Below the pieces are notes generated by a model, which ran no database searches, was not told where the DNA came from, and saw only the letters and a program-made list of their open reading frames with translations. A stretch of DNA of 54,022 bases, the filler included, from Squatina squatina (Eukaryota), in NCBI GenBank assembly GCA_031763465.1. It is 3 parts of one record of this genome, joined end to end, with 100 filler letters (N's around TTAATTAATTAA, not from the genome) between each part and the next. Parts side by side here need not be neighbours in the genome. Positions count along the whole stretch, not along the records: positions 1 to 18,069 come from JARFOE010000115.1; positions 18,170 to 38,757 come from JARFOE010000115.1; 1 more part is not named here. One strand, written 5' to 3'. This document shows positions 11,328 to 25,320 of this stretch, one piece after another. Position numbers and translations under genes: made by a program. The number at the start of each line of letters is the position of its first letter. The first letter of the stretch is position 1.

Positions 11328-11770
11328 AGTGGCTAGGGGAACTGGGTTAGTTAGCCTTTTATCTCGTATGTTTAGGAGCTGGGGGTTCAAATCCACCCCA
11401 GCCCGATGAGATAAAGTCTTTCCCATCTGCTGACTGCAAGGGATTTACGTGAAGTGGCTTTGAGTATTTCAATCCAATTCCTAGTGGATGCGGAGCCATA
11501 ACATAAAACTGCCCACAATTTGGCATGTTGATTCTGGTGTGGGACAAAGGGAACTGGTTTTAGCAATTTGAAAGACAGACTGCAGACATCAATAAACCAT
11601 GACATGAGCCTCAGAAGCACCAAATGCAAAACCACCTTAGGGAGCTTTATTGTGCTACATCGATCTAGGAGTGCTCAGGGTTGACAATAGGTGCCCAAAA
11701 TGGCAAAAGCTTTTCATTTTCCAGCACTTATATTCCTCACCTTAATAAACATTTTAAAAAAAGGAAAAAA
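11328..11770 (+). mobile_element. Ancient tRNA-derived SINE resembling LF-SINE
   Basis: B-box ggttcaaatcc at ~11384, followed by aaagtc..ccatctg, ttcaatccaattcctagtgga and cacaatttggca blocks matching my recollection of the LF-SINE consensus; A-rich tail. Confidence 0.6.
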
Positions 11771-12317
11771 CTGAGCAATGCACATATTGATTGAATAATA
11801 TAAAGCCAGGCAAAGGAACCTGTTCTACTTACTGAATTAATCTGTTCTCTGCTTCCCTACCTTTCCTGTACATGACCAATTTCAGATCTTCCAACTCTTA
11901 AGCATTTCTCATGTGACAAACACTTTAACCAGGTCATCCTCCATTAGCCCCGAAAGCTCACTCTTCGTTTAGACACCTTGTAATGTCCGTCTAAGCAGAG
12001 GAACCACTGATAAAAATGGATTTCTAATACTAGACTGAGGGTTTGGTTTATGGGCTTATGGTGCGGACATTAGGTGACTGGAATGTCTGTGATATCAGAT
12101 ACACACTCTCAGCATTGTGAGGGCCACCAAATTAAGATGTTATCATTGTCCAAGGAAGCATACNNNNNNNNNNNNNNNNNNNNNNNNNNNNNNNNNNNNN
12201 NNNNNNNNNNNNNNNNNNNNNNNNNNNNNNNNNNNNNNNNNNNNNNNNNNNNNNNNNNNNNNNATGTTAATCCACTGTGATTAAAATGATCAACTCGGAA
12301 GCTATTTATGACACAGC

Positions 12318-12605
12318 TATCTGGCTATCTCTCTCAATCTCTCAGGCTCTCTAACCAACTAGCGATATATAGATAGATCGATCTAGCAACTTCCCTCTCT
12401 CTAGCTCTGACTCTCTATCTATCTATTTGCGTAACTCTTTATCTATCTATCTCTGTCTCTCCATACCAATCTATTTCTCCAACCCACTATCTCGGTATGT
12501 ATCTATCTTTCTATTTATCTATGTATCCATCTATCTATCTGTCTATCTATTTATCTTGTCTCTATCTACCTATCCTTTCCTGTAGCTCCCTCTCTATCTA
12601 TCTAT
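12318..12605. repeat. Degenerate (TCTA)n/(TAGA)n microsatellite
   Basis: Repeated ctat/tcta tetramers. Confidence 0.85.
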
Positions 12606-12624
12606 TACACAGTCTGTTTGTGAA

Positions 12625-12860
12625 TGACAACAAAAACCAGTTGAATTTATACAGCTCCATTATCATCGTGAAAAGTCCCAAAGTGCTTCATATGTTTGAA
12701 CGACTTTATTCAGGCATGCTCGCATTGGCAGATTAAGAGGAGCGCAGATATTTGTGGAGAGTGTGTTGTTGGGCTGAATGAGGTTACAGAAATAGGGAAG
12801 GTCAAGGCTATGGAGGGATTGGAAAACAAAGATGAGAAATGTGAAATCGAAGCATTGTAA
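12625..12860 (-). mobile_element. L2-type LINE 3' fragment
   Basis: acaac...ttgaatttatacagc...cccaaagtgcttca is the reverse complement of the L2-type tail also seen at 17968, 35195 and 42910. Confidence 0.55.
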
Positions 12861-13444
12861 TTTTAAAATGCTCTTTATTGTCCTTTAAACTTGCCTCTAA
12901 TGTTTCCCATTCTGTCTTCCCAAAGAGTTTAGCAGAACATGTATCAATGATAAGAAGGAGTTCAGTAGAATGTCTCAATATTTACTTTCAAAAGTTTAAC
13001 CTATTCATAGAACATTTCATTCCGCATGCAGCACTTATGCTTTAAAGTATTATGTGATTTATTTCTCTTTCATATGATTTTATGAATTTCAAACAATTAG
13101 GTCATAATTAAATGTCTTTGTAGAAAACAAAGTTAACTTCTCCCACCCCTTACACCGTATCGTATTATATGTGCGATTTAAAGGCGTGTCATATTGTAAA
13201 TCAATTCTTCCAATATATTCCAACTATGTAATATTCTACTCCCATCTATAGTTTATTTAAACGTCACCTAATACTACAGGTCTTGAATGCTTTTGAATTC
13301 GAAATATTAACTCAGATAACATCTGCACCTTGATTTATCTCATCCCCTCTCCTAATCTTTTTAATCTTGAACTTGCTCAGTATCTTAGCCTATAATTCTT
13401 CATTCTGTCTATAAATTCATTACTACATTGTGAGTACATCTGAT

Positions 13445-13950
13445 TTATGGCACAAAACAGGCCATTCGGCTCAAGCAGTCAATGCCAGCCTTTATGCTCC
13501 ATACGAGCCTCCTCCCGTCCTTCCTCAACTAAACCGATAAGCATAACCCTCTTTTCCCTTCAACCTCATGTGTTTATCTAGCGTTCCCATAAATGCGACT
13601 AGAATATTGACGTCAATCACTCCCCATCATAGCAAGATCCACATTCTCACCACTCTCTGGGTAAATACGTTTTTTTTCTGAATATTCTTTTTGATTTCTT
13701 GGTAACTATCTTGTATTGATGGCCTCGAGTTATGCTCTGCTCCACAAATGGAAACAGAGATATGTTCTATCACAACCTTTCATAATTTTAAAGACCTCTA
13801 TTAGTTCACCCTCCAGCCTTGCTTTTCAAGAGAAAAGAGATCCACCCTGTCCATCCTTTCCTGATAGGTGCACCCTCGCATTTCTGCTATCTTCCTTATA
13901 AATCTTCTCTGCACCACCTCCAGTGCCTCAATGTCCTTTCTTATGATTTT
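13445..13950 (-). mobile_element. CR1 LINE 3' end
   Basis: ggcacaaaacaggccattcggc tail, cctttcataattttaaagacctctatta and ctgcacc.cctccagtgcc (ALE.VQ) blocks on the minus strand. Confidence 0.8.
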
Positions 13951-14715
13951 ATTTTCCTGTGTTTGAAACACTGCTACACTCCAAGAGTAGTAGTGGAGAA
14001 AAAGATCTCCACTATTAAAGATGGCATCNNNNNNNNNNNNNNNNNNNNNNNNNNNNNNNNNNNNNNNNNNNNNNNNNNNNNNNNNNNNNNNNNNNNNNNN
14101 NNNNNNNNNNNNNNNNNNNNNNNNNNNNNNNNNNNNNNNNNNNNNNNNNNNNNNNNNNNNNNNNNNNNNNNNNNNNNNNNNNNNNNNNNNNNNNNNNNNN
14201 NNNNNNNNNNNNNNNNNNNNNNNNNNNNNNNNNNNNNNNNNNNNNNNNNNNNNNNNNNNNNNNNNNNNNNNNNNNNNNNNNNNNNNNNNNNNNNNNNNNN
14301 NNNNNNNNNNNNTGGGAAAAGGAACATTATTCTATCTTTTGCATCTGGTGCCAACACAAAGCAATGTCAGATTGGGTATAACACAAGTATTTCGTATTTG
14401 TTTTTGGAACCTGGATGATACTGGCAAGGCTGCATTAATTGCCCAATTTGTGGATAATTGTCTGCCATGGATTCGTGCCCAAGGGAAACTGTGCTGAGAA
14501 AAAAGATTTACCCGATTACACCATCAGTTAAATCTTGTCAAACACTCCACTTACAGTGAAGCAGGTTAACCAGATCTTGTACCAATTATTCAATTTGTTT
14601 ATAAGGTTCAGATAGGAGTTAAAAAGCACTTCTCCATCCCACATACACTTACACTTCCTGAGCCAAAGATGAACAAGTGAGTTTCTTTTTAATGAATTAC
14701 AAGACTAAGTGATCA

Positions 14716-15825
<1,110 letters not shown>

Positions 15826-16992
15826 TTAAGCAGGTGTTTTATTATGCAAATCATTCTTCCAGGAGGTTCTAGTCATAAATTACTAATTCAGTTCAGATAT
15901 TTAGCTTATTATTATGGCTATCACTGGTTACAATGGAAAGATATTTGTCAGTCATACCGTAGCCTTCCATACATAGGAAATGTAATAGTAATACATTTTA
16001 TGATAGTTGTTTGGAGACATACCAGTGGAAATTAAAACCATGTTTAGACACACATTATATTGCAAATACAAAGGGACACCATGAAGCATGTTTAATTGTT
16101 GTTCTTGGGCTTCGTTGCTCATTAAAATTCATTTAGTTTTCAATTGAAAAACCTGTTATAAATAGAATGAAAGCTACACAATGGCATACAGTGACAACAA
16201 GCAATTCTATTGAGTGGGTTTACACTGAAACAATCTCTCACACTGGTATTTGCGTGCTCTTGGATGTATTGCTGTGGAGAGGTGCCAACTAGATGCTCGG
16301 CAGTTCTCTATAGGAAGGGAGGGAAACTCAGAGGCTACTCTTGTAAACTCTTTTTTGACGAGTTCGGAGCTAATTCGGTAGAAGTTAGGAAATAGTTTAC
16401 TGCTGCCCCCTTCTACCACCCTCTTGATCATTGATTATACATAAGGAACAAAGCTGATCTCCAATAAACAAAGTCTGAATTGTAATCCAGGAGAAATGCA
16501 ATCTGGTGGAGTTATGTAGCCAGGGTCATTTATGGAATTCAAAAATTAAGTTTTGTACTGAGTAGGTTTGGTCACTGGTATTCATTCTGTATGTCATTTC
16601 CTAGAACAGAGTAGCTGGCACCACATCACCATCAAGCAACCTCGATGGAAATCCACCTCATTGGGATCTCCTAAGAAATAGAATCTCTCCTGCAGGATTT
16701 CAGTCCAAGCCACATATGGAACAATAATTGTTTTTACTACAATTAATGTAATTATTGACAAATGTATAAGAAATTGGGGAGGAAAGGCTGCAGAACAGCT
16801 AGCACATATTTGATGGGGCTGGACACACTAGATCAAGGGGAACCTTAGAAATAGCAGAATGGCAGTGCATAAGTCAGTACCTGACTGTGAAAGAATCCTG
16901 CATTTTGAAATCTTGGAAAAGTATAGTATACACTTTGGGGCTTGCCTCTCTCTGCTGTTTCCTCAACTGAAATTGCTATTGTGCACAAGTTA

Positions 16993-17460
16993 AGTAACTC
17001 ACCCTGATGGCATTATAGAGCTGTATGTAGACAGTGGGAGTACCTCAGCCATCTGATACTATAGGGCCGAGTGAAGTCAACTGGATTATTTCATCTAGGT
17101 GGCACTATAGGGCTAAATTTGAGCATTTGGCTATATAAGGGTGAAGCACCTCAGTCATTCTTGTCATAAATCGGTTCCACGGAAACCACACACATGTTCT
17201 GTTCCCAATAAGAGATGGTTATGTATCTGTGGCATGAATACAGACTGTGGCTTCTCTGCATGACCAGTTTTTCACATAAGATTTGAAATGTGGCTGGCAC
17301 TTTGCTTTTGGATGCCACTCCTCATCAGTATGCTGACATACAGGGAAACAAAATACTTAGGTGGCACTACAGTGCAGCATATAGGTCTGTAGATGTATTT
17401 TATCCAGCTGTGCAGTGCATTGGTGGTGAAAGTACTTCACCCAACTGGGTGTTATAGTGT
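16993..17460. repeat. Degenerate 46-bp-period repeat with CTCF-like core
   Basis: 29-nt units at 16993, 17039 and 17085 (consensus agta.ctca.cc.g.tggcactatagggc) plus partial copies near 17145, 17352 and 17431. Confidence 0.5.
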
Positions 17461-17967
17461 AGCCGATAGATGATAGGTCTGACTCAGCTGACACATTAGA
17501 ACTTAGACAATTTTATTTGGAAGCTCCATGATTTAAAGCTCTAACTTCATATTCAGATATTGTAAAGGTCTCACCAATTTCAGAGAGTCTCTGTACTTAA
17601 CTCCTACAGGTAGACACAGCACATGAAATAAAGGCTCATATTCCTGCAGTCACATGGCATAAAGCCCTGAAACAGTTCCTAATACTTGCTGCGAAAAGCA
17701 CAAGTAGCCAATTTTTGTAAACATATGTTTAAAGTTAATTTATGGACTTGTTCCACCATTTATTGGGAGTATCATCATTCAACGTTGCTGCAGTAGTTTA
17801 TGATCTCATGTGAGCCCCGCAAGCTGTTGCTGCCTTGGAATTGCTTTTGGTGACATTAGAGTGGACAAATATTTTGCTTGTCAACATGACATTCCTTTTC
17901 TGGCATTTTAGAAAACGATTTTAAATAAATGGCTTAACACCCGTGGTGAAAATAGCAAAGGAATGTC

Positions 17968-18069
17968 AACAACAACAACAACAACTTGTATTTATGTAGC
18001 ACGTTTAACGTAGTAAAGCATCCCAAGGCGCTTCACAGAAATATTATAAGAAAAAATTTGATGCCGAGC
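17968..18069 (-). mobile_element. L2-type LINE/SINE 3' tail with (CAA)n
   Basis: (aac)6 ttgtatttatgtagcacgtttaacgtagtaaagcatcccaaggcgcttcacag. Confidence 0.7.
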
Positions 18070-18169
18070 NNNNNNNNNNNNNNNNNNNNNNNNNNNNNNN
18101 NNNNNNNNNNNNNTTAATTAATTAANNNNNNNNNNNNNNNNNNNNNNNNNNNNNNNNNNNNNNNNNNNN
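18070..18169. other. Artificial scaffold-concatenation linker (N44 TTAATTAATTAA N44)
   Basis: 12-mer giving stops in all six frames, centred in exactly 100 positions; identical to 38758-38857. Confidence 0.95.
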
Positions 18170-18614
18170 ATGCTCATTGAATACTTGACCTCTACTGTAA
18201 TTAGTCTTCTAACAGACTGGCAAAGGTGTGCCCAGTTTTGTTTAGAGTGGAGGCCTTGAAGGGCATCTCCTACCTGTCATCCAGTGCATCGATTGCCTGT
18301 CATTTGCCTTCAACAAATGCTTGGCTCCGCAGAGGAGCTCTGCAATAGAGAATCAAAAAGTGAACAGAAGTTCAGTGATCAATTCTTTGGGCATATAACC
18401 CTCACCAGTGGTATTTTAGAAAGATAGCTGTGTGAATTCCACCTGTGCATACTGATTTGTAGGTAGGATGTCTTTTGTTAAAAATGGCCTGCCTTTATTT
18501 TATTCCAGTGTTAAGACCTGCACGTCCCTTTATGATGGTGTATAACCTACGAGGGATTGAAAAACTTAATGTAAGCTGTAACTTATTAGTGTTGTAATGT
18601 TTTCTTGTTTGTAG

Positions 18615-18715
18615 GACACATAATAACCTTTGGCTGCCAGAGATGTTGGCCCAGCTCAGCCCGCACTTCACGAAAGCCCATGACATGCTGGAAGTGGAGA
18701 AAAATGCTATTCTTG
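18615..18715 (+). CDS. XPO5: Exportin-5 internal exon
   Basis: tttcttgtttgtag acceptor, gtaata donor; (R)THNNLWLPEMLAQLSPHFTKAHDMLEVEKNAIL(G) versus recalled human RTHNTLYAPEMLAKMAEPFTKALDMLDAEKSAILG. Not in the ORF track. Confidence 0.9.
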
Positions 18716-19692
18716 GTAATAAAAAAAAATGATTAAAGCCGCCTTCTATATAGTTTGGTAGTTTCTTAGATCTTTAATGTCAACCTCTCAATCTAATGTA
18801 CAGATTAAACGTTTATTTAAAAAAAAAAATTTAATTGTGAGCTACGGCTCCTGAGTGCTTATTTACTACCTCTAGTGGTTCCATTTGCTGCTTGATCTGG
18901 TNNNNNNNNNNNNNNNNNNNNNNNNNNNNNNNNNNNNNNNNNNNNNNNNNNNNNNNNNNNNNNNNNNNNNNNNNNNNNNNNNNNNNNNNNNNNNNNNNNN
19001 NGATCTGGTATGAGAGTTCAATTGTATTTCTCCAGTTTTAAATTCAAGTATCTAATGTTTTGAGTCTTGTAGGACCCAACTTGACCCCCAATTTAAATTG
19101 AAGCAATACAGAAATACTCGACTGTTGAGTAAATCTCTTTAGTATTTTCATTGTTAATTCAAGTGACCTGAAGACTTGTATAGATTTAAGTACTCATTTT
19201 GTTTATTTCAAAAATGTTTTAGTGAAAGCCAAAATGAAAATCTTACTGTTATTTTGATCAGGTGCTGCCAGTAACACCTTTTCTCAGATGTTGCAGTCTA
19301 GAGTGAAGTTGTTTCATGCCCATTTTTTGCTATATTAATGCCAAAATGTATTCTTATTTCATAAATAGCGATTGCATGTTCTTATTTGTACAGATAAATT
19401 GTTTGTGTGAATAGTCCCCTGCTGTGCCGCCCCCACCCAAAGAAAATCAGACTAATATTCTTGAAGATTATCAAAGGTTGATTTAGTACTGTTCACTTCA
19501 GTACATTGGTGCCAATAACTGTTCTGGGGTTGACTGTACTGATGGAAGATATGAAATATCTTGATCTTAGTGTCGGGTTTTAGACTGTTTAGACTAATTT
19601 GAAATTCTCATAAGCTTTCTCTTTTGATGAAGGAGTTCGTAACTGTTGTGTACCACAGAACTTGTTTCCAATGAGCGTTGCCTTCCATGCAG

Positions 19693-19789
19693 GTATTCCA
19701 CAGCCTCTGCTAGATCATGCTGATGCTCCAGTATACAAATCTGTGTTGGAACGAATGCAAGGGTTCTTCTGTACCTTGTATGACAACTG
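19693..19789 (+). CDS. XPO5: Exportin-5 internal exon (next in order)
   Basis: ccttccatgcag acceptor, gtagga donor; (G)IPQPLLDHADAPVYKSVLERMQGFFCTLYDN(C) versus recalled human GLPQPLLELNDSPVFKTVLERMQRFFSTLYENC; phase-compatible with the 18615-18715 exon. Confidence 0.92.
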
Positions 19790-19859
19790 GTAGGAAGTCA
19801 CTTTGTTAGTACTTTAATTAGTATGTACTTCATGAGTAACAAAACTGTTGTCTGTATAT

Positions 19860-19940
19860 GCTGACGAAGAGAGATTGGGACGATTAGGCTTATATTCACT
19901 AGAGTTTAGAAGAATGAGAGGGGACCTCATTGAAACTTAT
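19860..19940 (+). mobile_element. CR1 ORF2 fragment
   Basis: EERLGRLGLYSLEFRRMRGDLIETY. Confidence 0.85.
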
Positions 19941-21687
19941 NNNNNNNNNNNNNNNNNNNNNNNNNNNNNNNNNNNNNNNNNNNNNNNNNNNNNNNNNNNN
20001 NNNNNNNNNNNNNNNNNNNNNNNNNNNNNNNNNNNNNNNNCCAAGATAGCAACTATAATCATATTTGGTAGCCGAATATTTCTGCTAAATACCTAGTTGA
20101 CTGCTGATGGTGAAAGTTATGCCCCCACAAAAATATTTCTGCCGCAAATTCTATTAGCCAGCTTGCATAACTTTGTAATGCATTCTGTGGTGGAAAGAAC
20201 TGTAAACTGATTGTGGTAGATTGTTATAAAATGCCTTAACCTTTTCAGAAATTGAATTCATAAATTGGGTTTGCAGCAATCTGTTTTCCAAGTGTTGTAT
20301 ACTGACAGTTTGTGTCTGTGCTCTCTGTATTAAAAGAAATCAGAAGAATCCTTTGAAGTTTTGTTAAAATATTTTGTATGCCATTGTTTAATATTAAACT
20401 TGTCTGTCCAGTTTTGTGTATGAAAGTTTATCTTTAATGCATGTCAAGAGAACCAGACCTTCATTACTGTAGAAGTTTTTTTTTTTATCTACATCAGTCT
20501 TCTGAGTCCAGAAAGGTAAAATTTCAGAAGCAGAAAATAATGGGAACTAGTAACTTCATTTTAAAATTTGTTACTAAGCTTTTCTGCATTTAGCATTAGC
20601 ACCTCACACCTTACACTTTCCGTGTTTTAAATGTGGATTTTGAAAAAAAACTGGAAAATAACATTAAAGTGATGGCTGTTTTTGTTCCAAGAATTCTTGT
20701 GGACGAGTCTTTTATAGTAGTTTAAAGGGGTCTANNNNNNNNNNNNNNNNNNNNNNNNNNNNNNNNNNNNNNNNNNNNNNNNNNNNNNNNNNNNNNNNNN
20801 NNNNNNNNNNNNNNNNNNNNNNNNNNNNNNNNNNNNNNNNNNNNNNNNNNNNNNNNNNNNNNNNNNNNNNNNCAATATTTGAGTTGTGTGAAGCTCACAG
20901 TAATATTTGTTGTTTTGAGAATTTCATCTGACCCCACCTGGTTTGTAATTGATAGAAATTCATCTGAAATATTCAGTGTAATCAACTTGGTATTCTCTCC
21001 ATTTATGTAATGCATGATAAAGTGAAGAATTTGTTCCTTTTGATTAAAGTACTGATTGCATTGCCAAGAGCTGACTTCACATTGTACCAGTATCGAACTC
21101 ATTTTGTGATATAAAACAGATTACTGTTAACCCCACTGAAAACTCTTGTTAACGTTTTATATTAATGTGCCAGCATTTAGCACCTATTCAGTACAGAAAA
21201 AGTTGGCTGCCCACATTTTAAATCAAACTGCCAGCTGTTTGACAGTGCAGAACATATTTTAAACTTCTAAAATTTGACCATGTGTTTGTCTACAGAATGG
21301 CATGTTAAGTTGTATTACTTTTCATTTGTACTTCACTGGCAGTTATGTTGCATGTTTCCTTAATGGTATCTACTTTTTATCTNNNNNNNNNNNNNNNNNN
21401 NNNNNNNNNNNNNNNNNNNNNNNNNNNNNNNNNNNNNNNNNNNNNNNNNNNNNNNNNNNNNNNNNNNNNNNNNNNNNNNNNNCCCTAAATCCAAGATTCT
21501 CCTAGAGTCCAAAAATCTATCTATCTCAGCCTTGGACATACTCCAATCATAATGCTAGGACAAACCAAAAACATGGAATGTTGTGAGTAACCGAGCCAAG
21601 TCATCAGGGAATTTAAAAAAAATGAATTGATCACACTATCACTGGAAATATGAACTTGTGTTATCTTCTACAGGGGCTAGCATTGAA

Positions 21688-21823
21688 ATGACAAAAGAAG
21701 ACCCTATTGTCGAACCCTCCAATGATGAGGACTCTGTGAGCGGAAGTTATAGTACTGTATCCTCAGATTCTGAGAGACCAGTTATCCATCCAGTGGTTTC
21801 AGCACCTATGACTACAGATTGTG
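21688..21823 (+). CDS. CLIP4: CLIP4 first coding exon (exon starts 21674, ATG 21688)
   Basis: tcttctacag acceptor, gtaagt donor; MTKEDPIVEPSNDEDSVSGSYSTVSSDSERPVIHPVVSAPMTTDC resembles the CLIP3/CLIP4 N-terminus (human CLIP4 ...SDTPVIFSISAAPMPSDC). Confidence 0.8.
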
Positions 21824-22185
21824 GTAAGTGTTTTTTTTTCAACAGCCAGCTTTGTGAAAGAATGGATCATTAATCACAGTGCTTTCCTAAACGAATTCAG
21901 CGTTTTCAATGGTGGATTATATCTTTGACCTCTTTACATAGTACATTGTGACTATTGTTCTGATTCTGGGTAAAACTTGTGTAAATCCAGCATTATGGAG
22001 TCATACTGATACATAAACTGGTGCAATAACAGCATGATTTGGATGATAACTCAGTATAAATATGAACTAACAGAGACACCAGAGTATGTCTTTTGGTCTG
22101 TGTTGCCTGCCTCTAGTGATCAAGGAACGCTACTGTGCTGAATGATTCTGAGGATGAGACACAGGATCCCGGACACTTCATTTCA

Positions 22186-22464
<279 letters not shown>

Positions 22465-22593
22465 TTACAGAGCATGACGCACATNNNNNNNNNNNNNNNN
22501 NNNNNNNNNNNNNNNNNNNNNNNNNNNNNNNNNNNNNNNNNNNNNNNNNNNNNNNNNNNNNNNNNNNNNNNNNNNNNNNNNNNNAGGAGATGA

Positions 22594-22850
22594 GGGCAAA
22601 TTTTGGACTCAGTTGTCGGGATCTAGGGCAATGTTCCCTCTTATTTTTTTTTTGAGTGCGCGAGTCCTTTAAGGGGCTGCACGGCCCATTCACAGTTTTC
22701 GCGCATGCTCGAAGCTTTAAATTGAAAAAGTGAGTCTCGGGCTGCGCGGGACCTGCATGCAGCTTTTCGGAAACGTTGGTCCTAACATGCTCGATTTCCC
22801 AATATTCCAAGCAATATTATGACTGGGTGCAGACCCACAAAAATTTCCCC
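22594..22850. mobile_element. MITE (~257 bp) with Harbinger-like termini
   Basis: gggcaaatttt ... aaaatttcccc inverted ends (10/11 match); CpG-rich interior. Confidence 0.6.
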
Positions 22851-23085
22851 GTACAAGTTTCAGTAAGTAGATCCATGTATAAAAGTCTCAACTAGAGCAA
22901 GTATGATTAGGAAAAACATTTTGTTGTGTGTTTTATTTTCAATGGCTGATTATGGATGAGGATTGTCTTAACAGAGCACAGCCTCATATTTCTCAGTTGA
23001 TTGTGGGTGATTAGTTTTCATGTGAAATAAAGTCAAGAAAGCAAATGAACCTTCCAGCTTTCTGTTCCTTATGTAACTGCTTTAG

Positions 23086-23179
23086 ATTCTGAGCCGAGGA
23101 TGCCATGTGAATGACAGAGATGGATTGACAGATATGACACTGCTACATTACACCTGTAAAGCTGGGGCTCAAGGAATTG
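23086..23179 (+). CDS. CLIP4: CLIP4 ankyrin-repeat exon
   Basis: tttag/gtgagt boundaries; ILSRGCHVNDRDGLTDMTLLHYTCKAGAQGI(G). Not in the ORF track. Confidence 0.93.
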
Positions 23180-24769
23180 GTGAGTTGTACCTCAAGTATT
23201 TCTTCTAATATAGATTTTTTAATTAACATTTTCCTTTGTACCCTTTTCTTTCCTTGTTGCCTTTTGCTTCAGTGCTTCCTCTTATGGCATCACCATTCGC
23301 TGATCGGAGTATTTCCCATTTTAGTAACAGATGTGATTGTTATGAGAATTAAGTAGCTGCTACTTGTTTCAGTTGTGGTCATGCCAGTCATCCATCAAGC
23401 CTAATTAAATAGTTATGTTTATTTTGTAAAAGGTACATCGTGCAGGAGAATCAGCTTTCATGGGCATATTCTATTTCGGAAGTTGAAAATTTGGGGGAAA
23501 ATAACATTTTGGGATTCAGTATGTGACGTATGGTGAGTGTAGCGCACTCGGGAGGAACAAGTGACTTTGAATCTGTGGTTCCCGAAGCTCTCCATCACTG
23601 GGGTTTTCCTCACCTCACGTCTGGGCCTGCTGTGGACTCATTGACAGAGATCTAGTGCTGTGATTGGTCNNNNNNNNNNNNNNNNNNNNNNNNNNNNNNN
23701 NNNNNNNNNNNNNNNNNNNNNNNNNNNNNNNNNNNNNNNNNNNNNNNNNNNNNNNNNNNNNNNNNNNNNTCCTTGACAATAGGCTTGCTGTATTTTGTTT
23801 CGCTTGCACATAAAAAAATTATTCGAGCACCATTTTTTATTTTTCTCGATGATTATTTTCCCTTTTAATCTGCCACCTCATGTTTCCCCCAGTGAAAGGA
23901 AGCATTACTTAGTGATTTCCATAGGGCATTGGCCTTATATGTAGATAAGCTGAATGACTTTCATCAACCGAGGCCATTTTTTAGTTTTCTTTGGGAAAAG
24001 TACTTTAGGTATTACAAATCAGATAGTTCATTGTCCTTCTGTTATGCCTTAGCACACTGATACCCATCAAGAAAAATTAGAGCTCCTCCTACTAGTGCAG
24101 CGGCCACTTGGACCAATACACAAAGGGCCCTTCCTCAGGCCATTTTCAGTGGCATGGACCCACATGCAAACTTTTACAAAACATCATTATCTGAACTTCA
24201 CAGCTCATGATGACAAGTGCTATAATACTGCTGTCTTCAAACTGACCTGTTGATAAAGGTTGTTTTTATAGTATTTCTGAAAAGTTCTCTTTTGTATGTG
24301 CAGATTGAGTGAATTATAGATATTTTCTTTCTCGTTCTTTGAATGAAGGTCGACCTCCATACAAAAGCTTAATCCTCACCTAACCTTGATTCTCTTCTGT
24401 TCTGGAGTGGCTCGTTGCCACTTTGCTATCCTATTGTGGTATGTTTCAGTGTTCTTGCTGTTGCTTGATATCTTAGTATCTTATAGAAAAAGAACTAAAG
24501 GTATACCTTAGAACATGACTTAATTTGCAAAGGAATAGGGAAGATTACCAGACTGCCTGGGGCAATATTCTCAAAGGGATTGTAATTTTTATCAATGATT
24601 TTCCCCATGAGATTTTTATATACTGAGGTCGAACTTTTTTCAAAAGTAGAGAAAAAACATGTCTACAGTAAATGTTCCATCATTAATGAATTTCTGGTGC
24701 TCTGTAGTACCAATCCTGCTATTTGTTTAATTCGTGGTGGTGAAGAATGTCTATTAACCATATTTGAGC

Positions 24770-25320
24770 CTTTCTCTATAACTCTATGGACTGGAGTTAT
24801 CCTGGTCACTCTCCTCTGAACTCTTTCTAATGCATCTGTATCCTTTTTTTTTAAGATGTGGTGACCCAAACTGAGCATCATACTCCAGAATTAACCTCAT
24901 CATTGATCTGTAAATGTCAATATATGCTCTAATTTGCAGTCCAATGCCCTCCTCCACATGTATCCTAGTACTCAACTAGTCTTATTAATACAAAAGCGAA
25001 ATACTGCGGATGCTGGAATCTAGAATACAAACAAAAATTTGTTTGTCTTATCAATAACCGTCTCACACTGATCAGATGCTTCATGGTATGATCGGTGATC
25101 ACTCCCAAATCATTTTCTTGCCTATAGGACCCTTTTCATGTTACACATGTTTACTGTTACCTGTTATTATATGCATAATCCAACATTTATATCCACATTA
25201 AGATCCATCTGCCATATCTCAACTGATCTACCTAATTGGTGTCTCTGTCTCCGAAGGTGGTCACTCTCCTTTCTGCTTGTTACTTGTCCACAGAGCTTTC
25301 TACCTTTAGCAAATTAAATA
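24770..25320 (-). mobile_element. Old CR1-like LINE fragment
   Basis: YRSMMRLILEYDAQFGSPHLKK / DTDALERVQRRVTR in shifted frames. Confidence 0.7.

Noticed and set aside
11328-11400. tRNA gene
   Set aside because: Only a B-box-like motif; no cloverleaf; continues into a SINE body.
16993-17113. CRISPR interpretation of the repeat-spacer pattern
   Set aside because: Only three degenerate units, 17-nt spacers, vertebrate intron, no cas genes.
18114-18125. TTAATTAATTAA palindrome (also 38802-38813)
   Set aside because: Artificial linker in N padding, not a biological site.
18274-18339. Minus-strand 66-nt exon-like segment (ttgcag...gtagga; LLCGAKHLLKANDRQSMHWMT)
   Set aside because: No recognisable homology; antisense within an XPO5 intron; consistent with chance.
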